A stretch of 64,000 nucleotides of DNA from Hydrolagus affinis (Eukaryota), in the NCBI GenBank assembly GCA_012026655.1, contig JAAILG010000979.1, forward strand, positions 1 to 64,000, given 5' to 3'. Below the pieces are notes generated by a model that saw nothing but the letters and a program-made list of their open reading frames with translations, was not told the DNA's origin and did not search any database. The translations under genes and the position numbers were made by a program. Shown here one piece after another: positions 27,232-40,802 of this stretch. Positions within the stretch are counted from its first letter, which is position 1, and each line of letters opens with the position of its first letter.

Positions 27232-27695
27232 TAATAATAATAATCCTTACATTTAATATAGTGCCCTTGATGTTGGGAAGGCGTCCTCAAGTGTTTCCAC
27301 ATTAATATATAGAGACTGTTTATTTCTTTAGACGATCAAAGCTAGAGAATGTGCCTGCAGCCATCTCCCACAAACAACAACTTACATTTATATAGCAGCC
27401 TTCACGCAGGATAGCAACTCGGAACAATTCCATCAAGTGAATGGCCAATTTCATCTGGGAAATTGTTTGTCAGGACACCAGTTCCCTTTGCTTTTTGAAT
27501 GGGATCTTAAACATTCCCTTCAACACGCAGACAGGAACTTGGTAGAACATAATCTGAATTATAGCAACACAGATAATGCAGTACTCGACAAGCATTACAT
27601 TGGAATATCAGCCTAGGCTGAGTTCAAAATCCCTGTAAAGGGCTTGAACCCACAACCTTCTGACTCAGAGTATGTTATCAATCGAGGAAGGCTAA
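27232..27695 (-). mobile_element. Degraded DeuSINE with nested L2/SINE tail fragments
   Basis: Head gggcttgaacccacaaccttctgactcagag, Deu region aatgggatcttaaacatt...caggacacc, and (TAA)n/(CAA)n tails. Confidence 0.65.
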
Positions 27696-29967
27696 AACAC
27701 AAGGAATTAAGTTGTTTAACTAACACTTCTCTCATACGTCAATGCAATTTAAACAAAATACAGAGCAAACTGGAATATTAACTCAGGAATTGAAATCTCT
27801 GCTTCTCCCAACGGATCAGATCTCCAAACGGTTTCCTCAGCCAAGGACATTGCAAGTGAGCAGAGATTGTAGGAGGGTAAAGTAGAAGTTAAAATGACTG
27901 TAATTCTTTTCAATAAAAGCTGTGCTGATCGCTCTGTAACCTGGGTCAAGCGTAATTGTGATTTTATAACTTGTCTGTTCAAGTGGCAATGCTGACGGTG
28001 GGACATATGTTCTCACCAATGGCTATTCTTCCTACTAGTTTGCTGTAGTTCAGAAATTTATACCGAGGTACTACCATCAAATCAATACAAGTGGAGCATT
28101 AATCAGCTATGAGAGCCATCGATTCAATCCTGAACCCCACTCTTAAAACCACCCGAGTTGTTAGGGTCGCTAATTTAAGTCAGATCAATGCCATTTCTTC
28201 CATATAAATCCTGATGTATAAAGGCTTGCCACTTTGATGCAGGGAGCCTTTAGAATTTATACCACATGCAAAAGCCAATCATGGTGCAAGCTCTATAGTA
28301 TTACCGTAAAAAATGTGCTTCCCATGTTCGTTGCGCATTGCGACGTCCTCTCGATATGAAAGGCGCTCTACAAATGTAATTTTGTTGTTGTGTTGCTTAG
28401 TAACATGAAACACGAGCCAAAGTTCATAGTATCTGTGCACAAGTTGCGTTAACAACACACGCAGAACTTGCCAGCCCGCCACCTCTTCAACACCAACCGC
28501 AACTTGGTTGGTGAGAAAAAGTCAGTGATGGAAAAATCACAGGGAGAACTGAACATCAATCAACGAATACTTGTCTGAGACAATGTGACAATCTAAGTCC
28601 TTTGCAATCTTATTGCCTGGAACTGTACTCCATCTTAACTGCTGCTGGTTGTTTCTTCTTTTTATAATTATTTCCGAACCACACATCACATCCCTCATCA
28701 CAGATTCGGTTCCATAAAAATGACTTCTGAGCAGCAGGCAGTGCAAGTTGTGTACAGTGTTTGTGTAAGAGAGACACCAATTGAGATAGAGAGAGAGATA
28801 TATATATAAGGAGAGAAAATTAATGGTTTACTGTGACATGTCCATTCCCACCAATTCATCAACATAGTTTAAAAATTAATCATTATTTCCAATCTTATTT
28901 CTCAATGATTCAGGCAACATAGCGATAAACACTTTGTGGCAAAGGTACAAGCTACAAAGCCACCACGGTGGAGACACCGACCCAGCCTGCAGAAGCGAGA
29001 TAAATTGATTTCTGGACAAGGCAAAACCTTAAGGAAACCTTAAGCATGTTTCCTTGTTCCTCGCGCCTCTGTTTACCTAGCAATGGGTACAAATCCAGTT
29101 GGTATTCAATTGGCGGATTGCAGTCCAGGGGTAATAAATACAATAATAATAACTTGTTCACCTAAATTGATGGATTGTTTGTGGGACACAAATAAGTCAA
29201 TTCCCTTTACAGTATATTCTGGGAGACTTCTCAACGATGTGATAACATGCTCAACTGGAAGGATTACTATTATCGTGCAGCTTTTACCTAATTCCTACAT
29301 TCATTTATCCAATGCATACCATCAATCAAGCTGCTTGCTTCAAAAGTTTATTTCTTTTTTGCTCGCAGCTGTGAGATAAGACAAAGCAGGAGCTTGCTTC
29401 ACAGACTAGGATTTTGCGAGCCATCTTTCTGGCTGCAATAATCTCAATTTCCCGAGCGCAAACGCTTAAAATATTACCACCCAATCACCAAAAGAACGCG
29501 AGTGGCTCCTTATAACTCCTGCTCTACATGGCAAGCGCTCCGTGCCTAATTGCTTTAGCCGGGCGTTAAGACATCTGTGGAGACAAAGAACGATGTCCCT
29601 CTGCATTGGCAAAGTTGCAGTGACCTCTGGCTTCCTGCTCCAAATTCCACTCTGTTTTTCGCCCCCCACCGCTGGCCTGGATCTCATCAATCCATTAGCA
29701 CCAGAACAGGCTCCAAGCTGTGCCTGCAGTACACTACCCCTTTAGAACCATTTCATCCATCTGTGGGAGCCTTTGCATTCCCTTCCTGAAAGCAGTGCTG
29801 ATTCAGAACGCTCTGCAGCACACTATCAATTTATATATACAATGGGATCCATTGACAGTGTGAGGACAAGAAGAACAATTATAGGTTACCCTGAATCCCA
29901 AACCAAGGAACATAGTGCTGGGATTAACAGTGTATTCACTGCCCACTAGAGGATGGATATTTTGGTC

Positions 29968-30045
29968 TATAAATATATATATTTATACATTTATATATAT
30001 ATATTTCCATCATGTGTTATATATACACAAGATACTCTATATATT
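29968..30045. repeat. (TA)n-rich low-complexity tract
   Basis: Imperfect TA dinucleotide run. Similar runs occur at 41187-41206 and 62369-62395. Confidence 0.8.
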
Positions 30046-30088
30046 GCATTTTGTCACATCAATTAAATTTCAAAACAATTCACTGGAA

Positions 30089-30418
30089 AATAATAATAAT
30101 AATAATAATCCTTGCATTTGATATAGCGCTTTTCACATCTTATCGACGTCCCAAAGCGCTTCACAGAATATACTGTAAAGTGAATTGACTGTATATTTAT
30201 GGGCGAATCGCGGCAGCCAATTACGCACAGCAGTGTCCCACAAACAGTCATGGATTGAAATGACCAATTTTATTATTGTGGGTTGTTTTGGACGGATTTA
30301 GGCATGTGGAGTAAAGAAACTTGCCCAAGGTTTCGCCCTGACCCGAACACAGGTCTCCCCAGCTTGGTCTCCCCAGCTTGCAAGACAAGTGCTCTAACCA
30401 CTAAGCCACAGGTGCTCC
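30089..30418 (-). mobile_element. Near full-length young tRNA-derived SINE with L2-like 3' tail
   Basis: Highly similar to 34227-34571. A-box TGGCTTAGTGG. Ends GCGCTATATCAAATGCAAGG(ATT)n. Confidence 0.93.
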
Positions 30419-32389
30419 ATCATATGGATATGATGTAAATTGGATGATTGTGTTTTTGTAGTCAACACTTTTATATTCACACACATTCACACAGACCTGG
30501 GCAGCAGTCTAGGTGATACTAGACAGAAAACCAATGACCCCTAAATGAATCACAACATTTATTAAACCATAATCAAGTTTGACAGCCATCACATTAAATT
30601 AAATAAAAGGGCTGTGGGAGAATATTTTTATTTCTGTTGTTTGCGCGAGGGAGTTAAATCAAATAAAAACACGATTTGTTATTACCAATTGGCAGGCAGT
30701 CAAAACTACTCCCCTCTGTTTCCTGACAGAACACTTACACATTAGGTACATCAATGCAATTACATTCACACAAAAATCCAGGTCGACATACCCATCATGA
30801 AATTGTACAACTAGATGCCACACATAGTTCTCCCGTATCTTTATATCCCTCCCACCACCAACTCAATCTTACCCAGCTAGTCCCCAGCATTACTCTATTG
30901 CTGGAACAGAAAGCAGATGATTTGCTCTGTTGGCACTCTACAGTACAGAAGGGCAAGAAACTAATCAACGTAATAAATTCAGAGCAATGTGTATAATGGG
31001 TGTATAACCAGCTGTGCAATTGCTTTGCCTCAAGGTAGGAATGTGGAGAGAAACACTGGGTATGGGTCTACATCACAAAATGTATATTATCTTAATCATT
31101 GCTGAACGGCTTCACCGGCATTGCCTGTACTTAAATGCGGCATGCATACAGACACCACATATCACAACACACACACACAAACACACTCTCTCTCAAGCAA
31201 TGAAGCAGAATTATTAAAATAACTCAAGAGGAGTTTGGACAATGAATGTTCTTTGGCCAATTTAATCAGATCCTCCCAAGTTACTCGTCCTAGAGTTTTC
31301 TATCACTGCATCCAGTGGACCCAAAATGTTGACTCACTTTTCCTTTCTCTCGAGGCTGCCTAACCAGTTTTGTAACGGGAGGATGGAGTAGAGTCCCACG
31401 TGGCGTGGGGGGAATGAGAAGAGAAAAATGAAGGAGAAAAACAGCATGTCGGATCTACCACCTTTATATGTTTTGCCTAAACATTGGCTTCAAGCTTTTT
31501 GTCTCTGACAGATGCCTATGGCCGGGGTCTGGCTGCTCAGGTTGTAGCTCAACATTCCAGCAATTTTCTTTAAGAAAGTCAGGCATTTATATTTATAGAC
31601 AGCTGGGTTCAAAAACCTATTTTGATTGGGATGTGCGAATGCTTTAATTTTAGGTACACAGTGGGCCATTGCACAATATGTTTGGGCAAGACAAAGAGTC
31701 TTATTTATCAAACATGTTCTTTTCCCCCCCCCCACCCCCCGCACCACCCCACCCCCAACCAATTGAGAATATTTCATTACCAAGCAAAAAAAACAGACTT
31801 GCAGACATCAACTGTTGCCAAAGCCCCTTGGCACTGGACCAAACCAAAATTTCAGCCTGGAAACAATGAACTGACTTTTCAGAATAGGCATTGGCATCAG
31901 CCAAAATGCCTTACAGCTAAATTTGCTATATTTGTAAAATACAGGAGCAATGTAATGTGCTGATCAGGATTGTCGGTGCATCATTAATCAATCATATGCC
32001 AATAAACTGATTTTTTTTTAAAAAAGGGATAGGACAGGTATAAGAGGGATCATGTTTTAAAAAAAGCTCACAGATTCTGTGTTTTACATATACACAGTCC
32101 TGTTGCTTTGAAGGTAAGAGCACGTAAACAGTTCACTTTTCTACAGGGCATTGGTTAGACCGCAGTTGGAATACTTCATGAAACTTGTCACAAAAAGCAT
32201 TTCAAAGTCAAGGAAAGGATGCAGATTAGATTCCTTAATCATGCGATTATACTGGAAATTGAGGGAGAGAAAGTTATGTAGCTGGGATAACTTGTAATAA
32301 TTGGGACTGCTTTCCATTAGACTGTTAAACATTAGAATGTTAAAAATAATTAAAAGTGGATCTAACAGATAGCTTTAAAATGCTGTGTG

Positions 32390-32670
32390 TTTGAGAGTTC
32401 AGATGGTGAAAGATTATTCCTAATGGTCAGTAAAATGGTTACATGGAAACATTAGATCAGGGCTAAGAGTTAAATAAAGAGGTTGAATTAAATGTTTTCA
32501 TTCAGAAAGTTATCAGTGTGTAAATTGCTTTGTTACACAATGGCAATTGAGGCAGATACGATAACGTTTAGAAGGAAATTGGTTAAACCCACAATTGGGA
32601 TTAAAAGTTAGCTGCAGTGACTCAGCTGGAACTATGTGAGGCTCAATGAGCTGAACTGCCGCCTCCAACA
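32390..32670 (+). mobile_element. Old CR1 LINE 3' fragment
   Basis: Colinear with the CR1 end at 57555-57990: gattattcctaatgg, ttttcattcagaaagttatcagtgtg, ggctcaatgagctgaactgccgcctcc. Confidence 0.65.
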
Positions 32671-33699
32671 CGGTCTGAGGCTTTCCACCAAAAGGACAGG
32701 AAGAAAGAACAAAACACTCATCCCAAATCAGACTGAAATGGTTGCCTTGAACCCTGCCCTCAAGCCAAAGAAGGAAACATGGGAGTTGCCTCTTTTCAGG
32801 ACAGACTGTTCCACTACCTCTCCAGTGAAGCCGCTATGGTCCCACTTGAACATTGATTTCAGAATTTCACAATGGTTTACGTATCGGGGCAATGATGAGA
32901 GTTAATCCACAGCATTGCAGGAGTAAGTCACTGTCATATTTTGGGATTATAGTACAGTACATACTAGTACTGTCCTGTTGCAGGCTTTGGGATCAGAGTC
33001 GGGATGATGGCTGGAGGAGATTGCCAAGCAAGGCTATTTGGAGGAGGAGTGGGGAGGTGGGTTCTTGCCTTGTGCGGGAGCACAGTTGGATTAGGTCACC
33101 GTTCCTCAACTGCCTGGAGCCTCTTTTAAAAACAGTGAATGTGAATTCTAATAAACATGCAACTCTCGCGCCAAGAAATACTGCACTTGGATCGTTATTC
33201 GTAAACCATCTGAATTACATTACATGGATTCTATAAACCATCTGAACTGAATTATGTGGAGTTGTTTATAATATATTTGATTTTCCCCCTCCCACAAGTT
33301 TGTTTGAGCGTGAAAGCTGGTGGGTCTGATTGCATTTGGTGCACTAAACAAAAATCAGTGCCCTAAACAAGGAAAATTCATCTGGAATAAAGGATTCTTC
33401 CCCCACCACCCTGGGAATTAGTCTACATTACAGTCCTCTCTCCGATTCAGACTTTCTGATAGTTTAACATGCCACAGGTGTGTGGCATTATTCTTCTTAG
33501 GATAAAATATGTGCGAGAGTGGGTCCGTGAGAGTCGAGTGCCAAGAGGGTTTGAGATGATGCCACAAAACTGAGAGAAGTATGTCATCAATGCAGAGATG
33601 TTACCTTCTTGAAGCCAACTCCTCCCTGTGCTATTTGGCTTTGGCAGCCACACACAGTGGGCTCCTGTCAACCAATTCACAAGATTGGAGCTCCACAAC

Positions 33700-33900
33700 C
33701 CTAATTATAATTATTATAATAATAATAATCCTTGGGTTTTATATAGCGCTTCTTCACGTCTTCAAAACATTTCAAAGCACTTCACAAAATGCTTCACAAA
33801 CTGTAAAGTAAATAGATTGTATATTTTGTGGACAAAATGCGGCAGCCAATTTCCCACATCAGTGTCCCACAACAGTTGTGAATTGATTGACCACAATGTT
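33700..33900 (-). mobile_element. 3' half of the young tRNA-SINE
   Basis: (TAA)n tail, tatatagcgct, tgcggcagccaatt and cagtgtcccacaacag. Confidence 0.8.
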
Positions 33901-34226
33901 TTTTAAAATCACTTTTTAAAAAATTATTACAACGATGAAACGTATCAGACAGACATAAGGGGTGAGCAGAAAGAGGAACAATATTATGTAAAAAATTATT
34001 GTGTGGATTGTTTGAATTTTGCTAGTTAACAAGATTAATCCGCAAATTTCACCAGGTGAAATGCTGATTTCAACTGCGGCAGCCACAGTGGGAGCATCAA
34101 ATAACCCCAGTGGGTGGAGCTACTAATAATGTGGGGGAAATAGTGAAGCTGGTGGTGGGGGGGCGAAGGAAACATACAGGATTTCTACTTCTGAGCGCTA
34201 TCAACAATCCCTGCATGTAATGCATG

Positions 34227-34571
34227 TAATAATAATAATAATAATCCTTGCATTTGATATAGCGCTTTCCACATCTTATCAACGTCCCAAAGCGCTTCAC
34301 AGAATATACTGTAAAGTGAATTGACTATGTATTTGTGGGCGAATCGCGGCAGCCAATTGCGCACAGCAGTGTCCCACACACACAGTCGTGGATTGAAATG
34401 ACCAATTTTATTATTGTGTTTTTTTTTTGAGGGATTATTATTAGGCGTGTGGAGTAAGGAAACTTGCCCAAGGTTTCGCCCTGACCTGCCTGGATTCGAA
34501 CACAGGTCTTCCCAGCTTGGTTTCCCCAGCTTGCAAGACAAGTGCTCTAACCACTGAGCCACAGGAGCTCC
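34227..34571 (-). mobile_element. Full-length young tRNA-derived SINE (best copy in the window)
   Basis: 5' GGAGCTCCTGTGGCTCAGTGGTTAGAGC (A box), GTTCGAATCC (B box), CCTTGGGCAAGTTTCCTTAC, then GTGCGCAATTGGCTGCCGCG...GAAGCGCTTTGGGACG...GCGCTATATCAAATGCAAGG(ATT)n. Confidence 0.95.
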
Positions 34572-35818
34572 ACAATGATTGAGGATACGATTGGACTAAG
34601 CTGTGCTGCATCCTGCAGTCAGACGAACCTGCCAACAATCACCATCAATAATAATAAAATAATCCTTACATTTGATATAGCACCTTTCATGTCAATAGTC
34701 TGCCTGAAAATGCTTCACAGGATACATGCAAAGTGTAGCGGCTGTGCATTTTGAAGACTCAACGAAGACCCCCAAGGTGAACTACCAGAAAGTGACGAGC
34801 CATACGTACGAACATACCACCCACTCCCACAACGGAAAGTAAAAGCAATTGAGGAGAGGGAGAAAATAAGATTCCTTTTTGTGTACAAAACTAAGAGCAC
34901 AAGAACACTGCTGTATTACTTATGTCGTGGCCTCGAGCGTTTGTGCTGTAATGAAATCGAGAATCATTTCCAAAAGAACTGTGCATTAATTTCTCCCCTC
35001 GTTTGTTCTACTTCACCGCAATTCTAATTTATTGTTTGAACTTGTTTCCCTTTGAAAGCAAATGCCCCCTTTGCATCAGGAGAAATAAAGAAACCATCGT
35101 CCTATCTTCTAAACTGTTTCTATGGGAGCCGATTCATTTTTTATTCAATTGCTCACTTAAAATAAACAGTCCTTTACTAGTTTATTTCATTACTCCCAAG
35201 TACAAACATGAATTGAATTAAAGTACCTTGTATATGGAACATTGCCAGTCACTTTAACTTCCAAACTTGCGTATTTATTTTTCCAAACGATATGAACTGC
35301 TCTGAGGCAGAGCTTATAATGAGGGATTTTTTTTTCAAAAAACACAACTGTTATGCCAATACAGGAAATGCATACAAACAAAGTCACCCAATAAATTGAA
35401 CTTGCATTAATCACCATGTAAAACATTCCATCATTTTGGAGTCAAATCTTGCACTGATTAGGATATAGAATGCCCTGCCTGCCGGGAGCAGTGGATGAAA
35501 ATCCATATTAGCTTTCAAAAGGGAACTAGATAGATGAATAGCTAAAACGAAGTAAGCTACAGTGGTATGAAAAAACAGCAAGAAAATGGCACCGACAAAT
35601 ATTTCTCTTAAAAGAGCCATGATATGCCAAAATAAATAGTAATTTTTTACGGTTGTATCATCTGAATTCCTAAAGGGAGTTCTGATATACCAGTGAAATG
35701 GTGAAGTTCAGAAAGTGCACTTTAAAACTGATGGAACCATTGCTCAATGGGTAGGATGTGTGTCTGAGCAGTGGGTAGGAGAATAGTGGTAATGTTCATA
35801 TATTTAAAAATGAGTTGC

Positions 35819-36123
35819 AATAATAATAATCCTTGCATTTAATATAGTGCTTTTCACATCCTCTAGACATCTCAAGGCCCTCACAGAATATACTATAAAG
35901 TGAATTGACTGTATATATGTGGACGAAACGCGACAGCCAATTACACACAGCAACGTTCCACAAACAGCCGTGGATTGAATTTACCAATTTTTAAAAAAAA
36001 TTGGAGGGATTATTATCAAGCATGTTGAGTAAAGAGACTTGCCCAGAGTTTCACATTGCCTGGAATTGAACCCAGGTCTCTCACTTGTCAGGAAAATACT
36101 CTAATCACTGCGCTACAGGAGCC
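35819..36123 (-). mobile_element. Full-length tRNA-SINE, older subfamily
   Basis: Colinear with 34227-34571 but lacks the 14-nt duplication in the head. Confidence 0.9.
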
Positions 36124-37109
36124 CACAAAGTTGCACTGCTCATCAAGAGGCTTTCTAGTTCCTATACCTGCTGTCCACCCAGTGCATCAATCTACAGTAT
36201 CTAGTTTCTTGTACCTGCTATCCACCCAGTGAGGGCTGAAATCTGCATTTGTTGGATGGTATTTAATGACAGAAAAGAAAAGTGCAGCCTGCAATTTTTC
36301 TGCAGAATCCGCTATCAACTGCATCTTCTGCTAAAGGGAATGAAAACCAATTGTTCCTCTAGGTAATTTCCACCCCTCTTGAAATGGAGCGATGCTGGAC
36401 TTTTGGAAGAAAACAATTTGAAGTGCAAAAAAACATTTTTAATTAGACTTTTCAGCACAACAAATAATATTTAGCGGTAAACTGGCGGAGACTTGGAAAA
36501 GTCAGAGATAAATGCTGGGTCTGGCCCTCCTTGTGGGAGCGATCTTCAGCAGCACCAACATTTGGAGCCGTGGAATTTGGAGCCATCATTCCATGGCTCC
36601 AAATGGTAAATTTTATTTGGACTCACAAGGAATTAATGCCTTGTAAATATTACTGCTTAGTAATGTCTGAGTTTATTTTATATGCATACACACATTTTAT
36701 TCATTAGATGATTTTGAACTTTTTTTTAAAATTAATTTTTGCCAAAGAAATGTTGTAATGGAAGTCAAAAAGACAATACTTGCTTGACAAGTCAACCTTG
36801 TCAGAGATTAACTTGTCAGAGGATAAATGAGTGGTGTGCATTCCAGCCTGGATTTGCGATTAAGCTGTATTTCCCCCCTCAAAATTCTGTGTTCCTATTG
36901 GAAATGCAAAGGAAAATACGTTGAACAACAAGTAACAGAGTAATAGTTAGGAGAATGAACCAAACCTTTAACACGCTTGCACTTGCTCGGTTAAAAAACA
37001 TTCTATTTATTGCGTTGTTTACCTCTGTCAAAAATTTATTTTCTTCCCCCAAAAAAGTAACCTTTGAAGAAACAAAACAAGCTGGTGGTTCATAGTACAC
37101 AACAACGAC

Positions 37110-37400
37110 GTGGCAACTGAGCCAGGAAGGTTCCTGGTTGAATTCCTGGTCTGTGCTGAGTTAGTCATTCACAGATGGGGCAGCAGTTTAAATTTGGTGC
37201 AACTGGATTCAATTTTCCTGGGGTTGAAGGAAGAGACAAAAAGAAATAAGGTTCCCCTGTTTCAATTGTTATCCACCGAGTGCTACTGAAAGCTATGCAC
37301 ATTGTCAACATCTGGGAATTACATGTAAGGATTGGGCTTTTATTCACCTACGAGGACCACGTGTCTCCTCACTCCACACTCAAACAGTAGGCCAAGACTC
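37110..37400 (+). mobile_element. Ancient tRNA-derived SINE (tentatively AmnSINE2-like)
   Basis: ccaggaaggttcctggttgaattcctggtctgtgctgagttag head. Related inverted copy at 47085-47370. Confidence 0.55.
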
Positions 37401-40400
37401 ACTATTCTAGTGAAAAATGGGCCCTGCAGTGAGGTATTAGAAGGCTTCCAGCTTGCACTGTCCAGTTCAACACAAACTAATAATTTCGGAAGAGAAGAAA
37501 ATGTGGGACAAAATCCAGGACATGTTTGGAACATTTCTGGTATGTTTTCTTGACATCACAAGCCTGTGATTATGAGAAAAATCTTGACGGTTTCCAGAGC
37601 ACAAAATGTGGTGTAATACAACTGCCTCGCTGTTTATAAAACTTACAAGTGTCTTCGGGAACCGCTATTTAAAGACAAGCAGTTTCCAGTAATTTCAGTG
37701 TTCCCGAAGGGTTAAACAGGCTGCAGTGCCAATGTGTCATACACTACATGGAGACACTTATTTCAACGTTTCATACTGTGCAAGAAATCTAAATGCCGAG
37801 ACATTTTGTTTAATGAATTCATGCCAAATAAAGCATGCCTTCAAATCTCATACTGTCTGGTATGTTTTCTGGCAATGCAGCATTATCACTGCAGGATTTA
37901 ATTTGGAACAAAAAAAACAGGGTTTAAACATTTAGAGACAATTAGGACATTGAGAGTCAGCGCCTCTGCTTGATTGATAAGGGACATCTGTCCACTGAAG
38001 AATTATTGGATTACTGACATTAGTTGGGGTGTTAGTCAAATAGTTGAGCATCAACTTAATAGGAAACAAACTGAAAAATTTGGTATCCTAACTTGTCAAA
38101 CTAGATTTAGTGTTTTTGATTAGAAAGATCATCCTCCCCATCTCTGCCAAACCTTGTTGGGAGCACCAACATGCTCACTACTACACAAACTCACGTGCGT
38201 TGCCCAGATATTGCTTCCAAGGCCCATTCATCACTTGGCAGTTCTCCTGTTGGAATTTGAGAACAACCAAACTAAATGTTCACGGTATTAATTTACCTAA
38301 TTCTCCGAACAAAGTGAGCAGCATGGGGGCATCTTCTTCAGGATGATGAATGTGACACTTGTTTTTGAATGGTGAGAGAGAAAGAGGACATGCGTCCCTT
38401 TTGGCACATATCCACCACACTCCGGCAACTTGCCAAAGCTCTTTTGATCTAATTTGTTACCACTAGTGTTGCTGGTAAACAAAAAGGGATGGAAAAAAAA
38501 GTTTACAAACACTTTTTCATGAAGATTCTGTCCCCTTTAATTGTTCCTTTCAAATCCTGTGTATGATAAGAAACATGTTTTAAAGCCTCTGCCAAATATA
38601 CAGTACTTCAGAACGCCTTGGGTTAACCCAGGTGGAACACTGTGCTTTGAAGTTGAAACTACCATTAACAAATTGGATATTTAAAGACTTCATGATTTTT
38701 TGTTACTATGAGAAGTTACTACTGTAACTGTATCGTTTTTATGTTTTATTATAAAAAACGTATTTAATGGAGAGCAAGAAATTCCAATACCAGTTGAAAG
38801 CACAAAGTTTTCCACTGCTTCAGAAAGTCACTTAATTTCCTCCACTTTTGAGATTGTGCTAACAGTGAAACCAAACTCCCCATGACAAGGCAATCATTTT
38901 GCCTGTAAGGACCAGGCTGAAGTTTCGAAAGCTTTCAGATTTTATTTATTTGTTCTTAAAAAGATCACCAACAAATGGTGCGGCACCGAGGCATACTCAA
39001 TGGGCAGACCCATGAACGTTGGGTCAGTAGACTGAACAAAAGCTTCTGGTCTTTCTGCTCCAATTCCCTATCCTTTGATACTGTTGCAAAGTAGGCAGTT
39101 GTGGATATTGAAAGAGTTGAGAATCAGGCTTGGTGGTGATGCCCCAATCAGTCAAAGCAGTGCCAATGCCACCATCCACATTTGTGCGTGCAGATTGGTG
39201 GGGCTGCCACTGGCCATAGAGCTACACCAAGTAATGAAGTCATCCATTGCCACAACCTTCCCTGAAGCCAGTACCCTTCATTCGACTCCCAGATTTCAAA
39301 ACAAGCTAGTTTCAATCAGAAGTAAGGTGTTTAATAAATCTTATGGTTCACAAAGAAAATCGTTGCTTTATTATGCGTGACAAATGTTTACTTGTGTAAC
39401 GCCAGACTTAGAAACCTGTTTTATCTGCTTTGATCAATAACAAGCAGCTTTCCTTTTTCTCTTCCCTTCATCGATTTTTACTTTGCAAGGTGCCCCGTAC
39501 AGCAACCATCTGTAAAATGGTCAATTTGAAGCCACGCTGTTGTACGTCTTGCTGAGTACAGCTTCGCGCCTTAAAGTCTCCAATGCCACCTCCAACGGTT
39601 CCATTCAGGAGACATCAGCATGGACTGATCATACAAAGCCACAGCCCAGCACGAAAGGGGTGAAAAAAACAAAGCATTCTGCAGCCTTCAGAATATCCAG
39701 TACATGTTGGCACAGAGGTCAGACACATCTGAGGCATACATTTGGGAATGAGGCGGGGGGAAACAAGATTGCGTGCCAGGTTGTATTGAGAGCTCATAGA
39801 AATAAATTTAAAGTCTAAAGACCATGAACAATCTGTAAAACAAAAAGCTGCAGAGTAATTCAATACATTTTACTGTGTCAGTCCATTACAGCAGAATGGC
39901 TCTGTAATAAAGAGAACTCCAGGGAACCATTTAGAATACCAGCCCTTATAAGGTAAAAAGGCTTCCCGGGAGTTATTTGGAAGTGCTAGCTTTGTGTGTT
40001 ACCATAAGATTGAACTGGATCCATCAAGATCCCACATAACTGCAGGTTCTTTCCAATTTCCCATTGAACTTTTATTTTGAAGCAGATTATATTTGTACTC
40101 ATCGGGGAAGACCGTTTCACTAATTGTGAACAGAATAATTTTCTTTTTTTGCAACAAGTGTGAACTAGTCAGTGTTTGATTAGGTACAGAACAGTTTAAT
40201 GTGTTACTATAATCTAGGTTAACACTCCACAGTGCTGTACCAAGGAAGTCCAGCATTGTTAGAGGTGCCATCGACCTCTGCTAAGTTATTAAACTTGGGT
40301 TCTGCCTATCATTTCTCGTTGTTCACACAGACCTCCTTAAACATTCCATGGCACTGTTTCAAAGACGACTGGCTTCCTGGAAGTTGTTCCTTCTTTGCCC

Positions 40401-40802
40401 AAAATTCAACAAAGAAATTTTGTTATTTATCTCATTGCTCTTTCTGCCATGAACATTTCAAAAGAAACTAAATATGTGATGCACTTTGAGATGTCCTAAC
40501 ACAAGATTGTATATTACTGTATATTCAAGCACAGTATTGTTTAATGTTAAGGTTCCCTCAATAAATCCTATTCTATCAAGCACCTCAGAGAGTCATCAAC
40601 TACTTTACATCAGTGAGATTTTTCCTGCTTCATACACTGGGCTTTTGGGGTGAGATGCTCCATATGCTGAGTCAAGATCAAACTAAAAACTGTATATTGA
40701 CTGTACTAATTGCGAGTCAGAGGACAAAAATACAATGTGAAAATCAGTCCGGGCTGGTTCAAACACAGGATCCAGAGGTAAAATTCTTTGTTAAAAATGA
40801 AT

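Noticed and set aside
32976-33224. TG...CA-bounded segment with AATAAA, resembling a solo LTR
   Set aside because: No target-site duplication or second copy seen, so the boundaries are arbitrary without a search.
34480-34571. tRNA-like sequence with A and B boxes
   Set aside because: It is the head of a SINE. An internal duplication breaks the cloverleaf and the sequence continues into the SINE body.
36153-36231. Two ~31-bp direct repeats separated by a short spacer (CRISPR-like spacing)
   Set aside because: Only two imperfect units in a vertebrate intron, so an ordinary local duplication.
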